Source: Bacteroidetes bacterium 4572_117 (GTDB lineage Bacteria > Bacteroidota > Bacteroidia > Bacteroidales > NBLH01). Taken from it: DNA of 40,089 nt. Both the position numbers and the translations under genes were made by a program. This document shows positions 1-8,644 of the stretch, in pieces. The stretch spans positions 1-40,089 of the forward strand of contig NBLH01000002.1 in the NCBI GenBank assembly GCA_002084525.1, read 5' to 3'. Numbering within the stretch: position 1 is the stretch's first letter; each line of letters begins with the position of its first letter. The notes under the pieces were generated by a model, which was given only the letters and a program-made list of their open reading frames with translations, was not told the origin of the DNA and did not search any database.

Positions 1-60
1 CAATCAATGTGTTACAGGTCTGTAAATTGCAACTTTGGCAAAGTTTAACGAGTGTTGTTG

Positions 61-3000
61 TTAAATTTTCACACCAATAATTAAAATGTCGTCTATTTGG
101 ATTTCATCGCCTTTCCATATTTCAAATGCTTGAATGATTAGTTTTTTTTGTGTTTGCATATCAAGACCTTGAATCTCGCAAAGTAGTTTTTTAAAGTTGT
201 CAGTTAAAAATTTACGGTTTTGTTCGCCTCCAAACTGGTCGATGAAACCGTCTGAAAATATATAGAATGTATCACCTTTCTGAACTTCGATCTCGTACCC
301 TGTAAAAGGGACATTAGCTTTTGTATGGATACCTATAGGCATCCTATCACCCTTTAAAACTTCAATATGATTCCCCCTTGCATAAAACAAAGGATTATAT
401 GCCCCTGCAAATTGTAATTTCATATTATTCAAATCCAGTATGCAAAGAGCCATATCCATACCATCTTTTCTCTCATCTTCATCACCTGTTTGGTGTAGTG
501 CCTCAATTATTTTTTTACGTAATTTATCTAAAATTATATTTGCTTGTAAATTTTCCATTTTGTTGGTAATCTCTTTTAAAAAAGATAAACCCAACATGCT
601 TAGAAATGCACCAGGTACACCATGCCCTGTACAGTCGGCAACGGTAATAACCATATGGCCGTTTTTACTACCTAACCAATAATAATCGCCACTTACAATA
701 TCCCTGGGTTTATTAATTAAAAAATAATCGGAAACAGTTTCGTTAAGAATATCGATAGGTGGCATTACTGCCCTTTGTATATTTCTTGCATAGTTGATAC
801 TATCCGTAATTTCTTTGCTTTTATGTTCAATTTCTTCTTTCTGTAAAGAAATCTCTAAAGTTCTATCCCTTACTTTGTTTTCGAGATCTATTTTCACCTT
901 TAGCAGTTTTCGCTCCCTTTTTTTTATGATTAGGATAACAATTAAAATAATAATTATTATTGTTATGCCAGCTATCAAAACATAAAACCACTTGGCCATC
1001 CAAAAGGGGGCTTTTATTTCGAAAAAAACTTTTTGCGATGTGCTAATATTTCCAAATATATTAATTGCTCTTACGTTTACAATAAATTTACCAGGCCTAG
1101 CAACAAAGACTTCAAAATCTGGTCTGGATCGCCAGTCAGACCAGTCGCTCATTATTCCTTCAATACGATACTGATATTTTATAGCATCTTGTTTTATGTA
1201 AAAAGGTGCTGTGATAGTAAAAGTGAAGGATTTTGGCTGATAATCAAATTTTATTTTGTTTAAAGGGAATTTTTTACCTGTTTCATCTTTTATTTCTTTA
1301 AAAAAGCCCCTAAATTCATTTGAAAAAATATTGAAATTATTTGCCGGAAGTATTTTGTACAGATTTATATTTCCATCAATTACCCATATGTTGCCTTCAT
1401 CATCAACTTTTATATTATTAATTTTATCAAATATGTTTAATATTGCCAATTGAGTTTCATTTATTTGATAATAATCACCAAAATTTACCCATTTATTTGA
1501 AGCCTTGAACCAACCAGTAGATGGTTGCGTAAAAATATATTTAGATATAGCCAGGGTGTCAGGTAGTAGTTGGTGGCTTTTTTCAATTTTGTCGGTTTTA
1601 GGGTTATACTGAAATATTTGTTTTGAACTTAGAAAAAACAATTTGTTTTGTATTTTCCTGATTAAAACATTATCAGAAATATTTCCTGGCAAATCATAAA
1701 CGCCAATAATTTCCCCCTTGTTATTTTCGTCAATTTCTAACTTGTATACCATATCGTTACTTGCCAGCCATAAGAACTTGTCATTATCATCAATAATGGA
1801 TAAAATATTGTCGTTTAAATTGATAGGCTTGATGCTTTTGTTTGCTTCCCATTTCCCTTTGTTGAAATAAAGCATTACTACGCCTTGGTTGGTTGCTACA
1901 TATATTATGTTTTTTTCAGTCGAAACCAAAATTTGATTGATATAAGTATTTTGTAACAGTGTTTTTGTTTTGTTTTTATGGATTACATACAGCCCATTAA
2001 TAGAAGCTACAAATAGATAGCCTTTATATGGCACCAATTGACGGCACTTTGAATTAATACTGTCATTTTTTTTAAATACATATCCAATATTTTGATTAAC
2101 GTACTTTTTTTCTTTAACATATTTTGTTTTGTATTTTTTTTCATTTGTTGAAACAGGTTTCTTTTCATCTATTTTTATTTCATCTGCCAGAGGTTCTGTA
2201 ATAATGTTCTCTGCTTGTTGTTTTTTTTCTAGGCGCTTTTTTTTCCAGTCTTTCCATTTTTGCAGCAGGCTTTTTTTTCGTACAGTTTTTTTTTCATTTA
2301 TCGTAATATTTTCAGATGGGGCAACATCAAGCTTAGTTTTATTATTATTAACAAGTAGTTTTTTCTTTCTATAAACTTCTATTTCCTTTAAATCTGTTAA
2401 TGTATCCAAATAAAACAGGCCTTGTGTTGTAGCAACATATAATGTACTATCAAATGTTTGTACATCAATAAGCCGTCCTTCCATTCCGGGATATGATAAA
2501 AAGGTTTTAACCGGTAAATTATAATTAACCCTGCTTATGCCAAACTCATGCGAAAGCCACAATGCACCACTTTTATCTTTCCCAATTGCATAAATTTCAT
2601 CATCGGGCAAACCGCTCTGGTAATTAATTGTGTATTGTGCATCACCTGTTTTTTTGTTTACTATAATTGCCCCCCCCGTTATGGTAGATAAAGCAAACAT
2701 AGTATCAGAAAGGTTTATTCCATTTATAAGTTGATTGTTGTATAGATAATTTTTAAATAAAACATCATAATTCTGCAATTCTTTACCGTCAAATAAATAA
2801 AGTTTGCTACTATCAGTGCCTATCAGTGTGTTTTTTTCTGAAAACGAAAAATTAAAAAGTATGCTTTCTGTATCAATATTATCATTAGTGGTTATTTGCT
2901 TTTTAGCACCACCTTTCCCTATTTTAAAAATACCTTTTTCTTTAACTTTAACAAATATTTGATTTTTGATCCGGATTAAACCATCATAAGGTTCTTTTCG

Positions 3001-3564
3001 CCCAGCATACCACGAGTTTTTGTACCCAAGATTTGATTTTGTGAGTTGGATTAAAGCAATCGAACTATAAAAAAAAACTTCGTTATCTGTGATTTCAATT
3101 TGAGTGATATCGCCTGTATTAAGCTCTTTTGCAATAAGCGAAATGTATTTATATGACCCTTTTTTATCTTTTTCAAGATATCCATAATCATTTTCGCAAC
3201 CAACAAGAATTTTATCGGTATTATCTAAATAAGCCATTACCAGAGGCACATACGGCATTTTTATCATATCCCATTCCCTGCCATCAAAAACGATTAAGCC
3301 ATTTTTGCTGCCAAACAGCATAGCCCCGGATTTGTCCTGAATAATTGCCCATATCTGGTCGTTTGCATCAAGTTCGAAATTGTAGTTGGTAATAAAGGGG
3401 TTTCCTGTACCCAAGATATCAATAGCTGACTTATTTTCAATATGCCCGTTTGCTACCCCTATTATTTTACTATTATCAGGATTTGTTATTGCCTGCTTTT
3501 TAACCCACAATTTGGAATTTATCCCTATAATAAGTAAAATAGATATGAATAAATAGTTTTTCAT
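61..3564 (-). CDS. Membrane sensor: extracytoplasmic propeller/Y_Y_Y-type region fused to a cytoplasmic PP2C (SpoIIE-type) phosphatase
   Basis: 1167-aa ORF. N-terminal signal/anchor MKNYLFISILLIIGI. Long repeat-rich outer part resembling two-component-regulator propeller repeats, then a Y_Y_Y-like block (KYQYRIEGIMSDWSDW). One TM helix, WFYVLIAGITIIIIILIVILII. C-terminal SpoIIE/PP2C motifs IVSGDYYW, TVADCTGHGVPGAF, KDGMDMALC, IFSDGFIDQFGG. Lys-rich low-complexity insert in the middle. Confidence 0.85.
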   Translation of the reverse strand: MKNYLFISILLIIGINSKLWVKKQAITNPDNSKIIGVANGHIENKSAIDILGTGNPFITNYNFELDANDQIWAIIQDKSGAMLFGSKNGLIVFDGREWDMIKMPYVPLVMAYLDNTDKILVGCENDYGYLEKDKKGSYKYISLIAKELNTGDITQIEITDNEVFFYSSIALIQLTKSNLGYKNSWYAGRKEPYDGLIRIKNQIFVKVKEKGIFKIGKGGAKKQITTNDNIDTESILFNFSFSEKNTLIGTDSSKLYLFDGKELQNYDVLFKNYLYNNQLINGINLSDTMFALSTITGGAIIVNKKTGDAQYTINYQSGLPDDEIYAIGKDKSGALWLSHEFGISRVNYNLPVKTFLSYPGMEGRLIDVQTFDSTLYVATTQGLFYLDTLTDLKEIEVYRKKKLLVNNNKTKLDVAPSENITINEKKTVRKKSLLQKWKDWKKKRLEKKQQAENIITEPLADEIKIDEKKPVSTNEKKYKTKYVKEKKYVNQNIGYVFKKNDSINSKCRQLVPYKGYLFVASINGLYVIHKNKTKTLLQNTYINQILVSTEKNIIYVATNQGVVMLYFNKGKWEANKSIKPINLNDNILSIIDDNDKFLWLASNDMVYKLEIDENNKGEIIGVYDLPGNISDNVLIRKIQNKLFFLSSKQIFQYNPKTDKIEKSHQLLPDTLAISKYIFTQPSTGWFKASNKWVNFGDYYQINETQLAILNIFDKINNIKVDDEGNIWVIDGNINLYKILPANNFNIFSNEFRGFFKEIKDETGKKFPLNKIKFDYQPKSFTFTITAPFYIKQDAIKYQYRIEGIMSDWSDWRSRPDFEVFVARPGKFIVNVRAINIFGNISTSQKVFFEIKAPFWMAKWFYVLIAGITIIIIILIVILIIKKRERKLLKVKIDLENKVRDRTLEISLQKEEIEHKSKEITDSINYARNIQRAVMPPIDILNETVSDYFLINKPRDIVSGDYYWLGSKNGHMVITVADCTGHGVPGAFLSMLGLSFLKEITNKMENLQANIILDKLRKKIIEALHQTGDEDERKDGMDMALCILDLNNMKLQFAGAYNPLFYARGNHIEVLKGDRMPIGIHTKANVPFTGYEIEVQKGDTFYIFSDGFIDQFGGEQNRKFLTDNFKKLLCEIQGLDMQTQKKLIIQAFEIWKGDEIQIDDILIIGVKI

Positions 3565-3649
3565 TGGCCAGAATCAGACTAAATTTTGACAAGTTTTATA
3601 TACAAATTTTATTTACGAAAGCATATGCAAAATTTTTACCAAAAGATGT

Positions 3650-4867
3650 TTATTTTAGATTATAATCTGCTGAAAGCTTATTGAAATTCGGGGAAATAAC
3701 TTTTCCCATAAGCAAAATGCTACCATTTGCATTATCACGTACAAGATAAATAAAGGGACGGTTAGCTTTAAACCTAATAAAATTGTCGTTAATTTCTTGT
3801 GTTTCATCCGGATCAACAAAAAGTTCCGTAAAATTTTCACTTTTATTTTCTGATACTTCAATTAAAGTGTGTTGAATAATATTTGATACAAATACTTTAT
3901 TATCAGAAATTCTATTAAAATTTGAAGATTCAGTAAATGGTAACCTACAATTCATGTTTCGTAGAACGGGGACAACATCCTGTCGAAATTCACTTTTAAA
4001 TTTTGGCAAACTTACATGAACAAGTTTTGTGTAGAGTCCTGAAATCCAGAAATCTAAGTTGACAGGATTTATCATTTTTTCAATGCTTTCAACACCATCC
4101 AATTTTTTGGGTAGAAGTACAATCATTGAGATATTATTCCCTGAATAGGGTAATTCAACAATTTGGAAAACATTATTTTCATTATACTTTAAATATGCTG
4201 TTTGGTTCATAAAATAAATTCTGCTAACAGTATTATCAGGAAGGAAAAAATCATTTTTACCAGTAAACTCTTTATTAAAAGGGTTTTCCCAATTTCCACT
4301 TAAATAAACAAAATTAGTATAGATCAATTTTGTGTTTTTATTAATAATTTCAGGCCTTACCATGTTAATGATATTGTAATTGCTTGTTTTTTTTGCCCAA
4401 CGGTTTATTAGCTTTGAACTTTTATTATCCGGGTTTGAAAAGGGTAATGATTGCACATGCGTTTGAAAATTAACTTTCAAAAGGTTTTTGTATTTATTTT
4501 TAATATTCAATTCATTGTTTGGCCATAAAGCATTACCAATAAGCAAATTAACATCTTTGCTTTTGTATACCTGAAAACGTTTAATTAATTGTTTGAAGCT
4601 GTACAATACACCAAAGGGGGTAATAAAATGCATACGGTAAGCAATTTGTTGCTGTGTATTTTTATTGCAGCCAATGTAGGCCATGGCCATACAATTTGTT
4701 ACACCAAAAGGCGATAACACCATGTTTTCATTACCTGTGCTTAAAGTTTTGTAGTAATCAATTGCGAACCGATTGTTTCTTTCAACAGTGGCCTCTACAT
4801 ACTTTTCCTGCCCAAATGAATACAATTGGGTAATGCTGAAAATCAATATGAAAATAAATCTATTCAC
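3650..4867 (-). CDS. Secreted serpin-family protein
   Basis: 405-aa ORF with signal peptide MNRFIFILIFSITQLYSFG. Serpin-typical length. N-terminal FAIDYYK block and C-terminal FKANRPFIYLVRD matching the serpin signature (F-x-A-x-x-P-F-x-F/Y-x-I/V-R). Confidence 0.8.
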   Translation of the reverse strand: MNRFIFILIFSITQLYSFGQEKYVEATVERNNRFAIDYYKTLSTGNENMVLSPFGVTNCMAMAYIGCNKNTQQQIAYRMHFITPFGVLYSFKQLIKRFQVYKSKDVNLLIGNALWPNNELNIKNKYKNLLKVNFQTHVQSLPFSNPDNKSSKLINRWAKKTSNYNIINMVRPEIINKNTKLIYTNFVYLSGNWENPFNKEFTGKNDFFLPDNTVSRIYFMNQTAYLKYNENNVFQIVELPYSGNNISMIVLLPKKLDGVESIEKMINPVNLDFWISGLYTKLVHVSLPKFKSEFRQDVVPVLRNMNCRLPFTESSNFNRISDNKVFVSNIIQHTLIEVSENKSENFTELFVDPDETQEINDNFIRFKANRPFIYLVRDNANGSILLMGKVISPNFNKLSADYNLK

Positions 4868-5072
4868 CTGCTTCTTTTTGTTATAGAATAACTACTTGTG
4901 TAACTGCAAAATTAATACCCTAAAATTTAACATAAAACAAATCGTTGCCTTTTTTTGACGGATTAACGTCATATGCTTCTTTAGTTTTAAAATTTTTAGT
5001 TTTATTTTTTCCAAATATTTTTACAATATCTTAAATTATTTACCTTTACTTCAATTAAACAAAGCATTAACT

Positions 5073-6236
5073 ATGAGGATTATTCTTTTTACCGGAAAAG
5101 GTGGGGTAGGAAAAACCACTATTGCTGCTGCTACAGCACGAAATATATCAAAAAAAGGTTTAAAAACCCTAATTATTTCAACCGACCCTGCGCATTCTTT
5201 AGCTGATGCAATTAATATGAAAATTGAAGCAGAACCAACCTTGATTTCTGAAAACCTATACGGACAAGAGCTTGATGTGTACTATTCTATGCAAAAATAT
5301 TGGAAAAACTTGCGCCAGTTAATGCAAACAGTTTTTCGTTGGCAGGGTATGGATGGAGTCCTTGCCGAGGAGATGTCTGCAATTCCAGGAATGGAAGAGG
5401 GGTCTGCCTTTATGTGGATAGAGAAATACTATTCAGAAAAAAAATTTGATGTTATTGTTATAGATAGCGCACCAACAGGCGAAACGCTTACACTATTAAC
5501 TTTGCCGCAAGTTACGCAATGGTGGGTAACCAAAGCTTTTCCTTTTCAAAAGTTTGCGATCAAAACACTTGGCAAAGGTGTCAGGAAAACAACTGGTATA
5601 CCTCTTGATAAAGGTTATGAAGAATTACAGCTATTGTTTAGCAAACTTGAAAAAATACACAAAGTGTTCAGTAATCCTGAAATATGTTCTATCCGCATTG
5701 TTACAAATCCCGAAAAAATGGTCATCAATGAATCAAAAAGGGCGTATACCTATTTACAGCTATATGGGTACAATGTCGATTCTGTTATCATTAACCGAAT
5801 TATCCCAAATGTTGATGAAACCGGGTTTTTTAAAAATTATATAAATTCACAGCAAAAATATATTAATGAAATAGAAGATAGTTTTGCGCCTGTACCAATA
5901 TTCAAATCCAAGCATATTGGCGAAGAAGTTTTTGGGCTGAAATTACTTGATAAAATTGCAAATCAGCTTTATGGTAATGATAACCCCTCGAAAATATTTT
6001 TTAATGAAAAAACCATTATAATTGATGAATCAGACGGTGGCTATAAAATAAAACTAAAACTATCTTTTTTAGACGAAAAAACCTTTAAAGTAAATAAATT
6101 TGGTGATGAATTAGTTATTGAACTTGCTAATAGGAGGCATAATGTTTTATTACCCAAATTCACAAATTTCCACAAATTAGCATCCTTTAATTACAATGCC
6201 CCATGGCTTACAATCAATTTACTTAAAAATTCTTGA
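5073..6236 (+). CDS. ArsA/GET3-family ATPase with HSP20-like C-terminal domain
   Basis: 387-aa ORF. Deviant Walker A GKGGVGKTT, ArsA signature STDPAHSL, DSAPTGETL. The last ~80 aa (GGYKIKLKLSFLDEKTFKVNKFGDELVIELAN) resemble the small-HSP/CS-like tail of some ArsA homologues. Confidence 0.85.
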   Translation: MRIILFTGKGGVGKTTIAAATARNISKKGLKTLIISTDPAHSLADAINMKIEAEPTLISENLYGQELDVYYSMQKYWKNLRQLMQTVFRWQGMDGVLAEEMSAIPGMEEGSAFMWIEKYYSEKKFDVIVIDSAPTGETLTLLTLPQVTQWWVTKAFPFQKFAIKTLGKGVRKTTGIPLDKGYEELQLLFSKLEKIHKVFSNPEICSIRIVTNPEKMVINESKRAYTYLQLYGYNVDSVIINRIIPNVDETGFFKNYINSQQKYINEIEDSFAPVPIFKSKHIGEEVFGLKLLDKIANQLYGNDNPSKIFFNEKTIIIDESDGGYKIKLKLSFLDEKTFKVNKFGDELVIELANRRHNVLLPKFTNFHKLASFNYNAPWLTINLLKNS

Positions 6237-6282
6237 ATAATGTTGTAGGCTTTTAAAAAGAGAAGTTATTAAGAAAACATCT

Positions 6283-7695
6283 TTAATCTTCATCCCAATT
6301 AATTATTGCCTTAATCCGTTCAATTTGGGCTTGTTTATTTACTTCCCTTAAACTATTGGCAGTTTTTGTAAAAAAATGATGGGCTGATAAAAATTTTACT
6401 TGTATTTTATTCCATGCATTAAGGCTTGCCATTTTGTTTTGTGCTTTTAACTCCTCATATAAAGTGTTTGAAACAGGAATAAAATCGCTACGGCCAAGGT
6501 AATCTAAATCGGAATCACAAATAATTGTTTGAAGCAAGGTCTTGGGTTGGGGTGGTAACTTGGTAGCCATAATAATATCACAAATTTCGTCAATTTGTTT
6601 TTGCGAATAATTAAATCTTGGCAGCCACTCCCGGGCTATTTCAGTACCAAAATATTCATGATTATCATAACCAATAGTATGGCCTGCATCGTGGAAAAGT
6701 GCCGCCGTCATCAAAAGTAATATAGCTTCATCGTCTACACCTTCGCCATACCCAATTAATTCTGCCTGATTTACCACATCAATTGTATGCTTGTAATTAT
6801 GATAAAAAAGATATTTGGGCAATTCCCTTTCAAGTTTATCAAGTATCATTTCCTGTAAATCTGTAAATTGCCTGATAAGGTATTTGACCCTAAATATTTC
6901 ATTAGGTTTGGTCCCTATTTTTCTATTTTCAGAAAATTTCTTTTTTATACGTTTCAGGAAATACATTTCCATATCACCTTTATACTTTACAGGTATTTTA
7001 CCGTGATATTCACAATCAAAATATGGCTTTACCAATTCATATGTCATAACTGACATGTTTATCATTCCAAGCTCACTGGCAGCAGCCATACGAGTAGCGA
7101 TATTAACTGTGTCACCTTTCAAATCATACGAAATTTTTTTTCGGCCCTGCATAGTTGCAGTAACAGCACCTGTATGAATTCCTAATCGTAAATCCCAAAA
7201 TTTCCTGCCCTGTTCTTCATACTCCTCTTTTAGTTTTCCTAGATATTCTTCCATTTCAAGGGCAGCTAAAACAACATCAATAGGGTTGGTTATATTTTTT
7301 ACCGGAACACCACCTGCACACATATAAGCATCGCCTATAGTTTTTATTTTTTGTATTTTGTATTTTTCAACTATATTATTAAAATGGAAGATAATCTGAT
7401 CAAGTTCATCAATAACTTGTTCAGATTTCATTGATTCAGATATCTTTTTAAAGCCCTGAATATCAAGGTAAAGCACTGTTGCCATTCTAAAACGCAATGT
7501 CTTTGATTTAGGTGCGGATTTCAAGCCTTTAGGTAAGACATCTGCTGGGATTTTAGCTATCAGATGTTTGTATTTTCGATTTTCATTTCCCAACTTTTCA
7601 TTTTCTTGCTTTAGCTTTTTAAATTGAGAGTTAAGTTCCTTATTCTCATTAATTAATTTTTGAATGCGAAAAACCAGTTCTTTATTTTCTTCCAT
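6283..7695 (-). CDS. Class III adenylate cyclase fused to a C-terminal HD phosphohydrolase domain
   Basis: 470-aa ORF. N-terminal coiled coil. Cyclase motifs LYLDIQGF (metal Asp), KIKTIGDAYMCAGG, YDLKGDTVNIATRM. C-terminal HD motifs YHNYKHTIDV, AALFHDAGH, DSDLDYLG. Confidence 0.85.
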   Translation of the reverse strand: MEENKELVFRIQKLINENKELNSQFKKLKQENEKLGNENRKYKHLIAKIPADVLPKGLKSAPKSKTLRFRMATVLYLDIQGFKKISESMKSEQVIDELDQIIFHFNNIVEKYKIQKIKTIGDAYMCAGGVPVKNITNPIDVVLAALEMEEYLGKLKEEYEEQGRKFWDLRLGIHTGAVTATMQGRKKISYDLKGDTVNIATRMAAASELGMINMSVMTYELVKPYFDCEYHGKIPVKYKGDMEMYFLKRIKKKFSENRKIGTKPNEIFRVKYLIRQFTDLQEMILDKLERELPKYLFYHNYKHTIDVVNQAELIGYGEGVDDEAILLLMTAALFHDAGHTIGYDNHEYFGTEIAREWLPRFNYSQKQIDEICDIIMATKLPPQPKTLLQTIICDSDLDYLGRSDFIPVSNTLYEELKAQNKMASLNAWNKIQVKFLSAHHFFTKTANSLREVNKQAQIERIKAIINWDED

Positions 7696-7809
7696 AAGGG
7701 TGGTGTATTAAAAAAAATCAAGACTTTCAATTATAACTGTCAAAAGTAATAGATTTTTTCTCATATAGTTTAATTTTGTATAATTATTATATCAAAACAT
7801 TGCTTTTTT

Positions 7810-8634
7810 TTACAAGCTGCTTTTGTCCTTATTATTTATTGTATCAACAAGAAAATCCACTTTTTTATTTAAAACATCCACTTTTCGTTCTAATTCGTCA
7901 GTATTGTCCATTACCATTGAATCAACAAAAATTGAATTCACCAATGATAAACCAATAATCCCGCCAATAATCAACACAAGCACAAAATAACTTTTTATCA
8001 GAAAAGCTGTAATATTACCGGCATTAGTTGAAAGTTTATCAGGTATTTCATACCATCCTTCAATTGTAAACACTTTAAAAACAGAATACATTGATTTTAA
8101 GGGGTTCCCAAAATATTCGGGCGATATATCTTTAAACAAATAGCTTGATAGTATAGCAATAATAAAATTAAATACAAAAAAACCAAATAATACAAAAACC
8201 GAAGCTTTCATTGCCCTTTGTACACCGCTTACTAGTGCTTCAATACCCGGGATAAATTTAAAAAACCTAAAAAATTTAAAAACCCTCGATATCCTAAAAA
8301 TCAAAAGGAAGCTTAGACCGTGGTGTTCGCTATGTAAAATAAGCAAAAAAATAGAAGGTAAAGAAAGTACAACTAAAAAAAAGTCAAGTTTGTTCCAATT
8401 CGAATCAATGTAAGCTCGCCAGCTAAAATGGTTTATTTTTATAATGGCTTCAAACAAAAATAGTATAGTTACCACACTATCAATTAAGTTAATCCAAAAA
8501 AGTAAGTCTTCACCAAATTCAGAAAAACCTTCACTAAAAATAGTAATAGAATTTATAATAATTAACGAAAGTATTAAACTGTCGTTCAAAAATAAACGTG
8601 TTAAAAAATTCATTTCTTTTGAATCACTAACCAT
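7810..8634 (-). CDS. Voltage-gated cation channel, single 6-TM domain (BacNaV/NaChBac-like)
   Basis: 274-aa ORF with about six hydrophobic segments. S4-like helix with a basic residue every third position (FRISRVFKFFRFFKF). Pore loop VFTIEGWYE aligns to the T-x-E-x-W filter of bacterial sodium channels. Confidence 0.75.
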   Translation of the reverse strand: MVSDSKEMNFLTRLFLNDSLILSLIIINSITIFSEGFSEFGEDLLFWINLIDSVVTILFLFEAIIKINHFSWRAYIDSNWNKLDFFLVVLSLPSIFLLILHSEHHGLSFLLIFRISRVFKFFRFFKFIPGIEALVSGVQRAMKASVFVLFGFFVFNFIIAILSSYLFKDISPEYFGNPLKSMYSVFKVFTIEGWYEIPDKLSTNAGNITAFLIKSYFVLVLIIGGIIGLSLVNSIFVDSMVMDNTDELERKVDVLNKKVDFLVDTINNKDKSSL

Positions 8635-8644
8635 AATTATTTTT

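Noticed and set aside
32-46. Palindrome AACTTTG-G-CAAAGTT near the window start, resembling AAACTTTG...CAAAGTTT at 39933-39957
   Set aside because: The sequences are short and AT-rich. The loop of the first is too small for a terminator. Two occurrences are not enough to claim a family.
2080-2390. Run of long poly-T tracts that looked like a simple-sequence repeat
   Set aside because: It is the coding strand complement of a Lys-rich low-complexity linker (KKK...EKK) inside the propeller-SpoIIE sensor. The frame stays open throughout.
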